A program made the translations under genes and the position numbers. From Rubripirellula sp. (GTDB lineage: Bacteria > Planctomycetota > Planctomycetia > Pirellulales > Pirellulaceae): a stretch of 64,000 nucleotides of DNA. This document shows, in pieces, positions 35,801-44,677 of this stretch (positions within the stretch are counted from its first letter, which is position 1; the number at the start of each line of letters is the position of its first letter). The stretch covers positions 4,032,001-4,096,000 of the forward strand of contig OZ244207.1 in the NCBI GenBank assembly GCA_965216875.1, written 5' to 3'. The notes under the pieces are model-generated. The model did no database searches and was not told where the DNA came from. It saw nothing but the letters and a program-made list of their open reading frames with translations.

Positions 35801-36667
35801 GGCAGTAACAGTACCTGGGACAACTTCAACGGATTTGCCAACAGCACCCAAGACTTCAACGAGCCGCCGGCTGGTGAGAACGCCGACGGCACTCAACTTC
35901 GTGACTTCATCAACAGCGATAGTGAATCGCACACCGTTGGCGGTCTGGCCTTCGCCCCCGATGGATCGCTTTACGTTTCGATCGGCGACGGTGCAAGTTA
36001 CAACGACGTCGACGTCCGCGCGGACCGAGTGCAAGACATCGACAACCTTTCCGGCAAGATCCTGCGAATCGACCCGATCACCGGCCAAGGCCTTTCGGAC
36101 AACCCGTTCTACAACGGCGACCCCGATGCCAACCGCAGCAAAGTCTATCAACTCGGCTTGCGTAACCCCTTCCGCATCTCCGTTGACCCCGTAACGGGCC
36201 AATTGTTCATCGGCGATGTCGGCTGGACGCGTTGGGAAGAAATCAACTCGGGCGGACCGGGCGCAAACTTCGGTTGGCCATTCTATGAAGGCGGATCGGG
36301 TACGAGCAACGTCCTCAGTTCCTACGCCAACACGCCTGAAGGCCAAGCCTTCTTCAATCTCGATCCGCCGGTCGATGCAGCGATCTACGCACTGAACCAT
36401 CAAGCCGACGGGATCAACGCAATCGTTATGGGCGACGCCTATCGAGGTTCGTTGTACGGCGCCGAGTATGAAGGAGACATCTTCTTTAACGATCTTGGCC
36501 AAGGCATCGTGCGTCACGCATCGATCGATGCCAACGGTAACGTGACCGACGTAAAAACCTTCACCACCGGAGCTAACGTGGTCGTCGCCATCAGCCAAGG
36601 CCCCGATGGAGCACTCTACTACGTCGACCTCGACGACTCCAAAATCGGCCGCTGGGAAGTGGTCTAA
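32882..36667 (+). CDS. Secreted modular protein: DUF4347, two CBM60-like modules, Calx-beta, legume-lectin-like domain, PQQ-dependent glucose/sorbosone dehydrogenase
   Basis: LEPRLLLAGD; HIVSHG..YGC..GDWVLE; two 'F.ND....DRNLR(I/V)D' modules; TATAGSDY; GGADGLTF/AVEFD/YFGFTAATGG; GLRNPFR/GDVGW..WEEIN. Confidence 0.9.
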   Translation: MSQRSRIRTRRSLRNALRSGLRRPAPHRGGRTKTTWSATTLEPRLLLAGDATAAPVAAVEAVTEIPADQSQSAAVEIAFVDPSVNNIDQLTALSRDGVEIVLIDNTSPALQQMTDVLTMHRNVSAVHIVSHGDAGKIAFGDQTIDHQDLLSNRHLLSQWRAALGDQADVLIYGCDTARGSEGANFLDTIASLTGADVAGSTNRTGSDANTGDWVLERTTGVIDASLLACHGDLNAMDVVLPINIRAAGSTGEEEMLLQIDGVTVATFNNIGGNAGAGQYETYTYNNASPVSANQVRIVFTNDVYEPAQGIDRNLRIDNIEIDGVVFETEDPSVFGTGTWRPSDGIQPGFRESEWLHADGYFQYAETSTGTGSDITIYAAGNENAENMELWIDGVSVAAWTNIGGNASSGQFAAYQFSADETVTADQIQVHFTNDRWDPSQGIDNNLRVDRIVIDGTSYQTEAPNVYSTGTWKEGEITPGFKEDETLHTNGYFQYGSSLDAGVIALATSTVTVNESDGQATIDVVRTGGSVGQVTVDYDTELGTATAGSDYTSVAGTLTFAEGETVKTIVIPILDDSAAESIEQFGVTIDNVNGGAVLLVPRTATVTIVDDEVSLPEYNDFSSVAGLTLNGDAVRDGDELRLTPTSDNRAGSAFFDTAISLDNNASFRSSFAFRVSGGSGGADGLTFTIQNDTAGANAIGSTGGGLGYEGITNSVAVEFDNYKNPYDVNGNHVAIIEGGSVSSSLKTLEPSFNLNSGSTYYAWVEYNGTSDVLAVYLNNSNSKPATALLKATVDLESVVGNSAYFGFTAATGGANNAHRILSWQMDQQIPPQDPPTEQGDTVVAIDVIANQGLALPTAIEWLPDGTMLIAEKGGVVKTAKDGVVSSTPFIDISNIVNGVRDRGLLDIAVHPDFENNPYVYLLFTYDPPEVFNQQAGTLAGPDGKGNRAGRMIRVTADASNGYLTAVAGSDVVLLGSNSTWDNFNGFANSTQDFNEPPAGENADGTQLRDFINSDSESHTVGGLAFAPDGSLYVSIGDGASYNDVDVRADRVQDIDNLSGKILRIDPITGQGLSDNPFYNGDPDANRSKVYQLGLRNPFRISVDPVTGQLFIGDVGWTRWEEINSGGPGANFGWPFYEGGSGTSNVLSSYANTPEGQAFFNLDPPVDAAIYALNHQADGINAIVMGDAYRGSLYGAEYEGDIFFNDLGQGIVRHASIDANGNVTDVKTFTTGANVVVAISQGPDGALYYVDLDDSKIGRWEVV

Positions 36668-36682
36668 AGCGACGCCAATGCC

Positions 36683-36750
36683 GTGAGCCGCGATCGCGCA
36701 AGCGGCCGGGCCACCGCTTTCCATGAGCCGAACGCGCTAGCGTCGGGCCT
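36683..36750. repeat. Two GTGAG-type REP-like repeats
   Basis: gtgagccgcgatcgcgcaagcggccgggcc and tgagccgaacgcgctagcgtcgggcct, related to copies near 6020, 19455 and 30019. Confidence 0.7.
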
Positions 36751-36923
36751 TGCGCCATCCTTACAATCACCCTTCGCGTCTTTCGCCCATTCCGCGGTTC
36801 CTGTCTGAGCACTAGGGTTCCGTAGAGACGCTGCCAAGCTAAAAAGCTTGACTCTTTCGATGTGTTGGGGGATAAGGCTTAGAAGCAGGAATACTACTTC
36901 TGAAAAACGAGAGCATTCACTCG

Positions 36924-37444
36924 ATGGATCACATGCTTCCTGAAGCGTTTACCAACGCCTGCACCCCCGAACAACTGACCGATGCTCAAACGTGGTGGTC
37001 GGCGCTCCCAGAAGCCACCCGATCCGATATCTATGTGTTGCTTGACATGCGCAATGACTCGTGTGCCCATGTCTATTCGCCTGACAAAGAGGGAGCACAT
37101 CAGTGGCACTCACTCCCACTCGTCGACGATCAATCGTCTTTCGATTCGTGTGACGACGACGATGAGAACTGGATCACAGAACTGTTGCACTACCGTCTAG
37201 ACCACGAAGACTTTGTGATGGCGTCCGATATGAAGGTCCGGACGTTTCACATTTGTTCGCAGCACCCCGCGGCAAGCGAAGTCTGGCCCGGGGGCAACTG
37301 ACCTGCAACTTCCAATGTCCGGCAGGCGAAAAGAAATGCCCAATCCATGCGTTCGCGCAAACGATTCGTGCCGCACGGCTCATCTCTCACAACCCAAGAA
37401 CCCACCAAACGCGGTGGCTTTGCCTTGAACCCGGCAACGTCTAA
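36924..37444 (+). pseudogene. Cys/His-rich hypothetical gene split by a 1-nt frameshift near 37272
   Basis: Frame A ...RTFHICSQHPAA continues plausibly in frame B as KRSLARGQLTCNFQCPAGEKKCPIHAF. Confidence 0.55.
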
Positions 37445-37520
37445 GACGTCCCCCTCGCCGCCACGCCGCAAACTCTGTGGCTCATTTGCGCATAACAGAA
37501 AGGATTGCTGCATTCGGGGT

Positions 37521-37845
37521 GGCCACAAGAAACACAAGAACATGCAAAAAGGAAATACAGACGGCTTCCATCGGTTCTTTCTTATCGTGCCTTTTTGTGT
37601 TTTTCGTGGCCCACATTCAATTACGCCCCAGCGTTGACGGAGCAACAAAGTGTGACCATCGACCTTGATGCCTATCGCAACCTCATTCGCTCGCAACTGA
37701 ACTCAGGCGGCAAAATCTCGGATCAGATGGGAGCCGTCATCGATGTAGTTGAGCAGCGAGGCGCAATACAAGGTGTCACGCGAAGGCACTACAAACAGCT
37801 TTCATCGGTCCTTTCTTTTTGTGCCTTTTTGTGTTTTTCGTGGCC
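37521..37845. repeat. GGCCAC...GTGGCC palindromic element with a ~55-bp direct repeat
   Basis: ggccacaagaaacacaag (37521) pairs with ctttttgtgtttttcgtggcc; direct copies at 37556-37611 and 37790-37845. Confidence 0.75.
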
Positions 37846-37934
37846 ACCTCCGGGCCTACCCCCCTCACTTCAACATTCGACATCAGTAAGCCTCTCGCAC
37901 TCTCATCTTCCGTCTCGATTCAATGCCTCGCCCG

Positions 37935-38240
37935 ATGGATGATCACCTGCCGTTTGATCTCTACATCACGCTCGAAACCCAGTTGTCGCGTGCGCGAGTG
38001 AATGCCTTGTTTACGAAGCAGGGCTGGGACTCGCGAATGTGTTCTTGGACGGAGTACGAGATTCAAATTGACTATGCCGAGCTTGTGATCGCTTCCGAGT
38101 CTCCAATGCTGGTAAGTGGAGGCGTCGATCGCGATCCGGCATCCATCGACAAGATCATTGCCATCTTGGATGCGGCGGAAATCACCTACGAGTTTGAGGT
38201 GTACGATGAACACAACGTCATGATTCGATCGAAACCGTGA
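37935..38240 (+). CDS. Small acidic hypothetical protein
   Basis: 101-aa ORF with protein-like composition (SRMCSWTEYEI, YEFEVYDE); family not recognised. Confidence 0.65.
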   Translation: MDDHLPFDLYITLETQLSRARVNALFTKQGWDSRMCSWTEYEIQIDYAELVIASESPMLVSGGVDRDPASIDKIIAILDAAEITYEFEVYDEHNVMIRSKP

Positions 38241-38275
38241 CCAAACGTTCGAAGTGGGCCGATTACTGAATGCTG

Positions 38276-38899
38276 TTAGTTTGCGAAAAACTGCTTCAGG
38301 CCACCCAGCAACATTTGAGTGCCGATCGTTGCCAGCAGTAGACCGCCTAGTCGCATCAGCAGCGCGGTCGCATTGGCTGGAACCTTGGCGAGCAGGCCTC
38401 CCAACCAGACGAACGAGATAAACGTGGCACCAGAAACGGCTGCGACACCGCTGAGGGCGCCAACCATTCCGTGCTCGGGATTGGAAGTGGAAATGGAAAC
38501 CGCGGTGACGATCGCGCCAGGGCCAGCAATCAACGGAATCGCAAGTGGCATGATCAATCCACTGTCTTCGTCGGGCCCCTGCTTTGCCGCATCCTGCCCT
38601 TGAGCCTTGCTTTGACCACCACCGTAAAGCATCTCAAAACCCATCCCGGCAACGACAATGCCGCCCACAATCGAGAATGCATTGAGGTCGATGCCAAGGG
38701 CTTCGGCAATTTGAGCGCCCCCCAGCGCGCCGATTCCAAGCACGAAGGCGACCACGAACGCAACACGCAGAGCACCAGCACTTCGATGGATGTTTTCACG
38801 CGCAATCGCCGCGTTGAAGAAAATCAACTTGGCGGGATCGGGTGGCGCGGTGATCACGAGCATTGCGATCACCGATTTTGCGATGAAGTTCCAATCCAT
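38276..38899 (-). CDS. MarC family integral membrane protein
   Basis: Six TMs; AFSIVGGI, MPLAIPLIAGPGAI, MRLGGLLLA. Confidence 0.92.
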   Translation of the reverse strand: MDWNFIAKSVIAMLVITAPPDPAKLIFFNAAIARENIHRSAGALRVAFVVAFVLGIGALGGAQIAEALGIDLNAFSIVGGIVVAGMGFEMLYGGGQSKAQGQDAAKQGPDEDSGLIMPLAIPLIAGPGAIVTAVSISTSNPEHGMVGALSGVAAVSGATFISFVWLGGLLAKVPANATALLMRLGGLLLATIGTQMLLGGLKQFFAN

Positions 38900-39021
38900 G
38901 TTTGCACTTACTGCGAATCACTTGTGACCGGGCTATGATGGCGACGTGTGGTGTCGCAAAACGTGTGCGTCGTATCGTAGGTGCGCAGCCACTCAACCTC
39001 AAGTGCTGCAGGAGCCTACAA

Positions 39022-39843
39022 ATGCGCCGCTACATCCAACTCATGCTCGAAGAACCGCTGATCCCTTTCGCCCTGATCGGATGCGTGCTGTTTGTTGGAT
39101 ACGGCTTTCGAAAACCGACCGATGAAATCGAGACCATCTCCATTTCAACCTCAACCGTCCGGTCACTCGAAACCATGCAAGAGGAACTCGCTGGCCGACC
39201 GTTGACGAAAGCGGAACGCCAAGAGGTTTTCGACGGCTACGTCGACGATGAAGTTTTGATGCGTGAAGCGTTCCGGCGAGACCTCGAAAAGAAAGACTCG
39301 CGCGTTCGCAAACGACTCTTGAGTGTCATGCGTTCAACGCTCGATCAGCCGATTGCCCAACCCACACGCCCGGAACTCGAGGCCTACTTCCGCGAGAACC
39401 AGGATCAATTCCTTTCAGGCGAAGTGATCACGTTTGATCACGTCTTCTTCTCTTTTGGGTCCGAGAACGAACCCGACGACTGGGGAATGCTGCTGAGTCA
39501 ACTACGAAAGGGTGAGGATCATCAGCGTCTTGGTGACAACCAAATGTTCGGTAATGTCATGCGGCGTTCTTCGGCGCGTCAACTGCGTCAATCGCTTGGC
39601 AACGACTTTGCAGAACGTGCGTTTGCGTCTCCTCTCGATCAATGGCAAGGCCCCATCGAATCACGCCACGGAACTCATTTCATTCGGGTTAGCGAGAAAC
39701 TCGTTCCGCCAGTCCCCGATTTTGAGCAGATGGAGGACTACCTCAGGCAAGACTGGACGTATCGCAAGCGGCGTGAAAACCAAGCCGAAAAGATTGCCGA
39801 ACTTCGCGACCGATATCGCATCGTGATCGATGGAGAGCAGTGA
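39022..39843 (+). CDS. PpiC-type peptidyl-prolyl isomerase domain protein
   Basis: EEPLIPF.LIG..LF, DEVLMREA, TFDHVFF, WQGPIESRHGTHFI. Confidence 0.85.
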   Translation: MRRYIQLMLEEPLIPFALIGCVLFVGYGFRKPTDEIETISISTSTVRSLETMQEELAGRPLTKAERQEVFDGYVDDEVLMREAFRRDLEKKDSRVRKRLLSVMRSTLDQPIAQPTRPELEAYFRENQDQFLSGEVITFDHVFFSFGSENEPDDWGMLLSQLRKGEDHQRLGDNQMFGNVMRRSSARQLRQSLGNDFAERAFASPLDQWQGPIESRHGTHFIRVSEKLVPPVPDFEQMEDYLRQDWTYRKRRENQAEKIAELRDRYRIVIDGEQ

Positions 39844-42073
39844 AATGGGTCGCAAAATGAGGATGCGTCCCCAACTCGCGGTGCCCATTCGAATCGTGCT
39901 GGTCGTTCTCGCATTCGCGATGTGCATCACAGGTGATGCGAACGGCGACCAAGTCGGGATCGACAAAGTCCGGCTCTTCGAGACCTCGCCGGGACGGTAC
40001 GTGCTAGAAGTCGACACAACTCCGCGGTTCATCGCGGTCTACCGAGAACCGGTGCTACCGCCGCGGTTTGAGCTGACCGAGTCAGTCCGAGAGCGTCAAT
40101 CGGGCTATTTCGCGATGCGGTATCAATTCGAATCGAGCGGCAAAGGCCTCACGAGCGACGACGAACTCTTGCTCCCTTGGGGACGCTCGGGCGCTTCGAT
40201 CACGGCTCAATGGAGCGACGGGAGTGTCCACCAAAATCTCTTCCTTCGTGACTTTGAAGGGATCCGAGTTCCCATCGCCATGTTGAAGCCGAAGCGATCT
40301 TCAACGCGAGAATTGATTCAGCAGTACGCAAACCTTGGCGCCACACATGCCTTCGAAAGTTGGAATCATTGGCTGCTCGTCGCGGCAGCCGGATTGCTTG
40401 CCAGTGGTTGGTCACGAGTGCGCTTGATCGTTTGGTTCGCAGCCGGACAGGGGTTGTCGCTCTTGGCCGCCGACTTGGGACTCTTTGTTGTTCCCAGCGA
40501 AGTCGCCGAAATCTGTGTCATGGTAGCAGCACTGTTGATTGCACGAACCTCACCGCTCGAACCAGACCAATGGAACCGATTCCTGTCGGTGATGTTGATT
40601 CTTGGTGCCTTGCACGGGACAGCCAACGCCGAAATGCTTGCCGATTCCGGCGTCCCCAAGAGCGACCTGATCCAAGCGTTGTTCGCATTCAACATCGCCA
40701 CGGATCTTTTTCAACTTGGTGCGACCTTAATCATTGCCGCGATCGCGGTCGTCATCCAACAGAGAACACGCCTGACAAACAATGTGGGATGGCCCCTCCG
40801 CGTCGCGATCGGAAGTTGTGCCGTTGCCATGTCACTTGTCGCATTAACAGGTGGACTTCCCAGCACAACGCAAATCGCATCAGAGCGACAAGTCGGCCCC
40901 TTTGAATTGCCCGGCGAGCAAATCACGCCACAAGGATCCCAAGCCCAACCGCCGCGTACATTTGAGCAATCACTGGCAACCTTCCTGACAATCGAACCTT
41001 TTGAAACGCGTCTGGAAGTCCTCGTCCGTTTCGCCAACGCAAACAACCGCATCGAATTTAGTACCGACCTCACAACGATCCCGATTGACGAACAGGAAAA
41101 AACGACAGGTCAACTTGTCAACTTGATCGAGGAGTCGACAAGACTCTTCATCAATGGCGATGCCGTTTCACCAAGCATCAAACAAGCCAATTTCGTGTCG
41201 GTCGAACCCAATGGAGTCTTTTCCCGTCCGTCACCTGTTCTCGAACAGGTTGCCGACGCGATCGTAGGCGTCACCTTCATCTACGACACCGCGAACATGC
41301 CCAATCACGTGCAACTTTCCTGGGACCTCTTCTTGAACGGCGAAGCAGCGATTCCCGCAACGGTCGTCGATCCGTTTGGGGCCAAGCAATCGCAGTTATC
41401 GAGCGACAAATCACAGGTCGATTGGCAAAACCGCTGGTCCGGCTATCGGCCGCCTTCGATCAAACCGGTTGAAATCTCGAAGCCTCAATTGCCACTGCTG
41501 TCCTTGATGCTTGTGTTGGTTGCCTGCGGAGTGAATTGGTCGCTTGGATCGAGAAGCGACCGCCTGAAGTCCACAGCCACAACGACGCTGTTGGCCATTG
41601 CGATGGTGGCCTATCCATTCGCTCGGACGTCATTGGGCGTTCCCTTTGCCACGACATGGAAGCCATCAACCGAAGAGACCAGCGAGATTCAGCGACGCCT
41701 GCTGACGAACGTTTATCGCGCGTACGACATGCGAGACGAGGAAGCGATTTATGATCGACTCGCACTGACCGTTTCGGGTGAACAGCTCACCGAAATCTAT
41801 CTCGACACGCGTCGTTCACTCGAACTGGAAAACCGTGGCGGTGCACGGGCGAAAGTCGACGAAGTCCAGATCGAGAAAGTCCATTCGATTGAACACGACA
41901 AGGGTGGGGGCTACGCCGTTGACGTCGAGTGGACCGTTAGCGGTTCTGTTTCGCACTTTGGACACACACATTATCGACGTAATCGCTACCGCGCCGTGGT
42001 GACGATGATGGAGTCGGATCAATTCTGGAAGATCCGCTCACTGCAAGTCGTCCAGCAGCAACGATTGCTCTAA
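39830..42073 (+). CDS. HupE/UreJ-like membrane domain fusion protein
   Basis: GATHAFESWNHWLLV, LGALHG, LFAFNI..D..Q; extra N- and C-terminal domains; overlaps the PpiC gene. Confidence 0.7.
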   Translation: MESSEMGRKMRMRPQLAVPIRIVLVVLAFAMCITGDANGDQVGIDKVRLFETSPGRYVLEVDTTPRFIAVYREPVLPPRFELTESVRERQSGYFAMRYQFESSGKGLTSDDELLLPWGRSGASITAQWSDGSVHQNLFLRDFEGIRVPIAMLKPKRSSTRELIQQYANLGATHAFESWNHWLLVAAAGLLASGWSRVRLIVWFAAGQGLSLLAADLGLFVVPSEVAEICVMVAALLIARTSPLEPDQWNRFLSVMLILGALHGTANAEMLADSGVPKSDLIQALFAFNIATDLFQLGATLIIAAIAVVIQQRTRLTNNVGWPLRVAIGSCAVAMSLVALTGGLPSTTQIASERQVGPFELPGEQITPQGSQAQPPRTFEQSLATFLTIEPFETRLEVLVRFANANNRIEFSTDLTTIPIDEQEKTTGQLVNLIEESTRLFINGDAVSPSIKQANFVSVEPNGVFSRPSPVLEQVADAIVGVTFIYDTANMPNHVQLSWDLFLNGEAAIPATVVDPFGAKQSQLSSDKSQVDWQNRWSGYRPPSIKPVEISKPQLPLLSLMLVLVACGVNWSLGSRSDRLKSTATTTLLAIAMVAYPFARTSLGVPFATTWKPSTEETSEIQRRLLTNVYRAYDMRDEEAIYDRLALTVSGEQLTEIYLDTRRSLELENRGGARAKVDEVQIEKVHSIEHDKGGGYAVDVEWTVSGSVSHFGHTHYRRNRYRAVVTMMESDQFWKIRSLQVVQQQRLL

Positions 42074-42094
42074 ACGACACGCTAGGTGTTCTCC

Positions 42095-42853
42095 CTACTT
42101 CGGAACCACCCAAATGTTCCTGAACTTGACCTCCGAACCATGCTCCTGCAAAACGATGTGGGACAACGGTTCTTCGGGGTAGGCCGCATACTTGTTGCGG
42201 CGCAGTGACAGTTTGACATCGTCGTGAATCAGGACGCCGTTAAGCCGAATGGTCACACGAGCCGACTTGCTTTCCATCCGATGCCCGGCCTGATCAAATC
42301 GGGCGGCCTGGTATTCCAAGTCAACCGTTTGCCAATCGCCGGGCTGGAGCGCCGCGTTCACGTCCGGCACGCGAATCTGATAGATCGCGCCGCAGTCTCC
42401 CAGGCCAGCCGTTTCCTTGTTTCCGCTGTCGAGAATCTGCAGTTCATACAAAGGGCCAAAGAAGATGCCACTGTTCCCCTTGCCACCATCTTTGGGCAAC
42501 TGAAACTCAAGATGCAATCGATAGTCGCCGAACGCGCGGCGAGTGCAGAGGAATTGCTTGCGACGTTTGCCGCGAAAGTCGAGCGACACCTGCATCGCAT
42601 CGCCACCAACGAGTTTCCATTGAATCTCTTTCTGATCCTGATTGGGATTGATCTTCAAGAACGAGAAGGGTTTCCAGGCCTCAAAGTTCGATCCGTCGAA
42701 AAGCACGACAGCGCCGTCAGGCGGTGTGAGTCCAAGAGTGGACGCGATCGGTTCGACCGCGCGTGCCTGAGCGCCGCCGAGGAACCATCCGAACGTCAAA
42801 ACAGCGAGTGTTGGTAGCGAGAGCGATCGAGTTCGCATTGGCTGCTTGCTCAT
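42095..42853 (-). CDS. DUF1080 (3-keto-disaccharide hydrolase-like) protein
   Basis: PPDGAVVLFDG, FGDYRLHLEF, GNSGIF, YELQILDS, LQEHG..VKFRNIW. Confidence 0.92.
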   Translation of the reverse strand: MSKQPMRTRSLSLPTLAVLTFGWFLGGAQARAVEPIASTLGLTPPDGAVVLFDGSNFEAWKPFSFLKINPNQDQKEIQWKLVGGDAMQVSLDFRGKRRKQFLCTRRAFGDYRLHLEFQLPKDGGKGNSGIFFGPLYELQILDSGNKETAGLGDCGAIYQIRVPDVNAALQPGDWQTVDLEYQAARFDQAGHRMESKSARVTIRLNGVLIHDDVKLSLRRNKYAAYPEEPLSHIVLQEHGSEVKFRNIWVVPK

Positions 42854-42885
42854 AGGAATGTAAATCCAGGTTGGGCGTTATGTCT

Positions 42886-44652
42886 TCAGGGATCGAGGTC
42901 ACCAAGTGCAGTGACTTCGGCAAAGTAGGCGCCTCCGGCATTTCCCTTTGCGTCAAAAAGGTAGGTCGTCAGCTCGGTCGGCCCCGCTGGAAGTTCCAAT
43001 TCGAACTCCACGCCTTTGCTGCCCTCTTTGACCGGTTGTTCATGCGATTGACCGGCGATCTCAATTCGCGCCCGCTCAGCGACGACGACGCGATCTGCTT
43101 CGCGAGGAAACTGCCGCAGGGTGATTCGATAGCGCCCCGATTCTTTCACCTCCAGCATCCACGGCCCGGTCACTTTTGGCAGCTTCTTGATCGAGTTGAA
43201 GTTCCAGGGTGGATTGCCCGTGGGCATGTACCAATCCTGGGAACAGAGGACGGTTGGGTTTTCAGCCGGGTTGCCAATGTCGATACGAACCGGCGTCAAA
43301 CGGGGCGAGACCTTATCCCAAAACTCGTCGTAGCGTGACCGCAATTCGGCGACCACTTGTGGATGCTGCTGGGCAACGTTTCGCCGTTGAGCCGGATCGG
43401 CTTGAATCTCAAACAATGCCACTCGATCGGAGTTGACCAAACGCCACCGCTCGGTCATCACCACGCTGTAGTCGTAGGGTTTCGGAGGTAACACTTTGGC
43501 AAACGCACCGCCCAGGAACTGCTCGACCAGGTGATCTCTCTGCCACGTTGCATTGTCATCATCAAGCAGCGGCTTCAGCGAAACGCCGTCGGACCGGTAG
43601 TCAGCCGTGATTGGAATCTTGCAGAGGTCGGCTAATGTTGGCAACACGTCGATATGTGCCGCGAGCGTGTCGATGTCTTTGCCGCCGGTCAGACCTCCGC
43701 CAGGCCAATGCACAAAGAAGGCGACGCGGTGGCCGCCGTCAAACACTGACGACTTCTTTCCGCGCATGCCTGCATTGAATCCCAGACTCGGTTCCGAATC
43801 GAGCCCTTGGAATTTTCCGCCCGCCGCCGTTCCATTGTCCGTCATGAAGATCAAGATCGTCTTGTCGGACAAACCCAACTGCGTCAACTTTTCGCGAAGC
43901 AATGCCATGTTGTGATCGATGTTCGCGATCATTCCATAGAAATTGGCATTGGGCACATCGCGATTGCCCAGGTACGGCTTGGCCCACTCGGCCGGAACAC
44001 GATACGGACCGTGCGGAGCGTTCAGTGCGAGATAGAGCAGGAATGGCTTTGCTCGATTCTGCTCGACAAACCGCATCCCTTCACGAAACCAGATGTCCGT
44101 GCAATAGCCTTCGAACTTCTCGAACTTGCCGTTTCGTTCGTAGGTGTCATCGAAATAATCGTTGCCCCAATGATCGGAAGCCTGCCCGACGCCACCGCAA
44201 CGATGCCAAACAACCTCCTGAAAACCACGATCCTGTGGACGATGCGGGGCGTTATCTCCAAGGTGCCACTTGCCGACCATTCCTGTGGCATAGCCGGCGT
44301 CCGCGAATAAATTAGCGATCGTCTTTTCATCCGGGTGCATCATCGTGCGACCTGAACTTGTCCGATACGCACCCGTGACCCCCGCATGGTTGCCCGTCAT
44401 CAATGACGCGCGTGTCGGCGTACAGAAAGGACTGACATGAAAGTCGGTGAAGCGGACCGATTGCGCGTGCAGGCGATCAAGGTTCGGTGTCTTCAGGATC
44501 GGGTTGCCGTGACAAGAAAGATCACCGTAGCCCTGATCATCGGTCATCACGATGATCACGTTGGGACGCTCATTCCCATTCGCGACAGGCACTTGGACAA
44601 ACCCGACCGTGAGAAGGACCAGCATCAATCGCGTCTTGAAGGATTCATTCAT
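42886..44652 (-). CDS. Arylsulfatase (formylglycine-dependent S1 family) with C-terminal extension
   Basis: PNVIIVMTDDQG, CTPTR, GKWHLG, MTDNG, GGHRV. Confidence 0.95.
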   Translation of the reverse strand: MNESFKTRLMLVLLTVGFVQVPVANGNERPNVIIVMTDDQGYGDLSCHGNPILKTPNLDRLHAQSVRFTDFHVSPFCTPTRASLMTGNHAGVTGAYRTSSGRTMMHPDEKTIANLFADAGYATGMVGKWHLGDNAPHRPQDRGFQEVVWHRCGGVGQASDHWGNDYFDDTYERNGKFEKFEGYCTDIWFREGMRFVEQNRAKPFLLYLALNAPHGPYRVPAEWAKPYLGNRDVPNANFYGMIANIDHNMALLREKLTQLGLSDKTILIFMTDNGTAAGGKFQGLDSEPSLGFNAGMRGKKSSVFDGGHRVAFFVHWPGGGLTGGKDIDTLAAHIDVLPTLADLCKIPITADYRSDGVSLKPLLDDDNATWQRDHLVEQFLGGAFAKVLPPKPYDYSVVMTERWRLVNSDRVALFEIQADPAQRRNVAQQHPQVVAELRSRYDEFWDKVSPRLTPVRIDIGNPAENPTVLCSQDWYMPTGNPPWNFNSIKKLPKVTGPWMLEVKESGRYRITLRQFPREADRVVVAERARIEIAGQSHEQPVKEGSKGVEFELELPAGPTELTTYLFDAKGNAGGAYFAEVTALGDLDP

Positions 44653-44677
44653 GGTCAGGTTGTCCGCTAAATGGCCG

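Noticed and set aside
37299..37301. TGA followed by Cys-rich sequence as a second Sec codon
   Set aside because: The Cys-rich continuation is in a different frame; a frameshift explains it.
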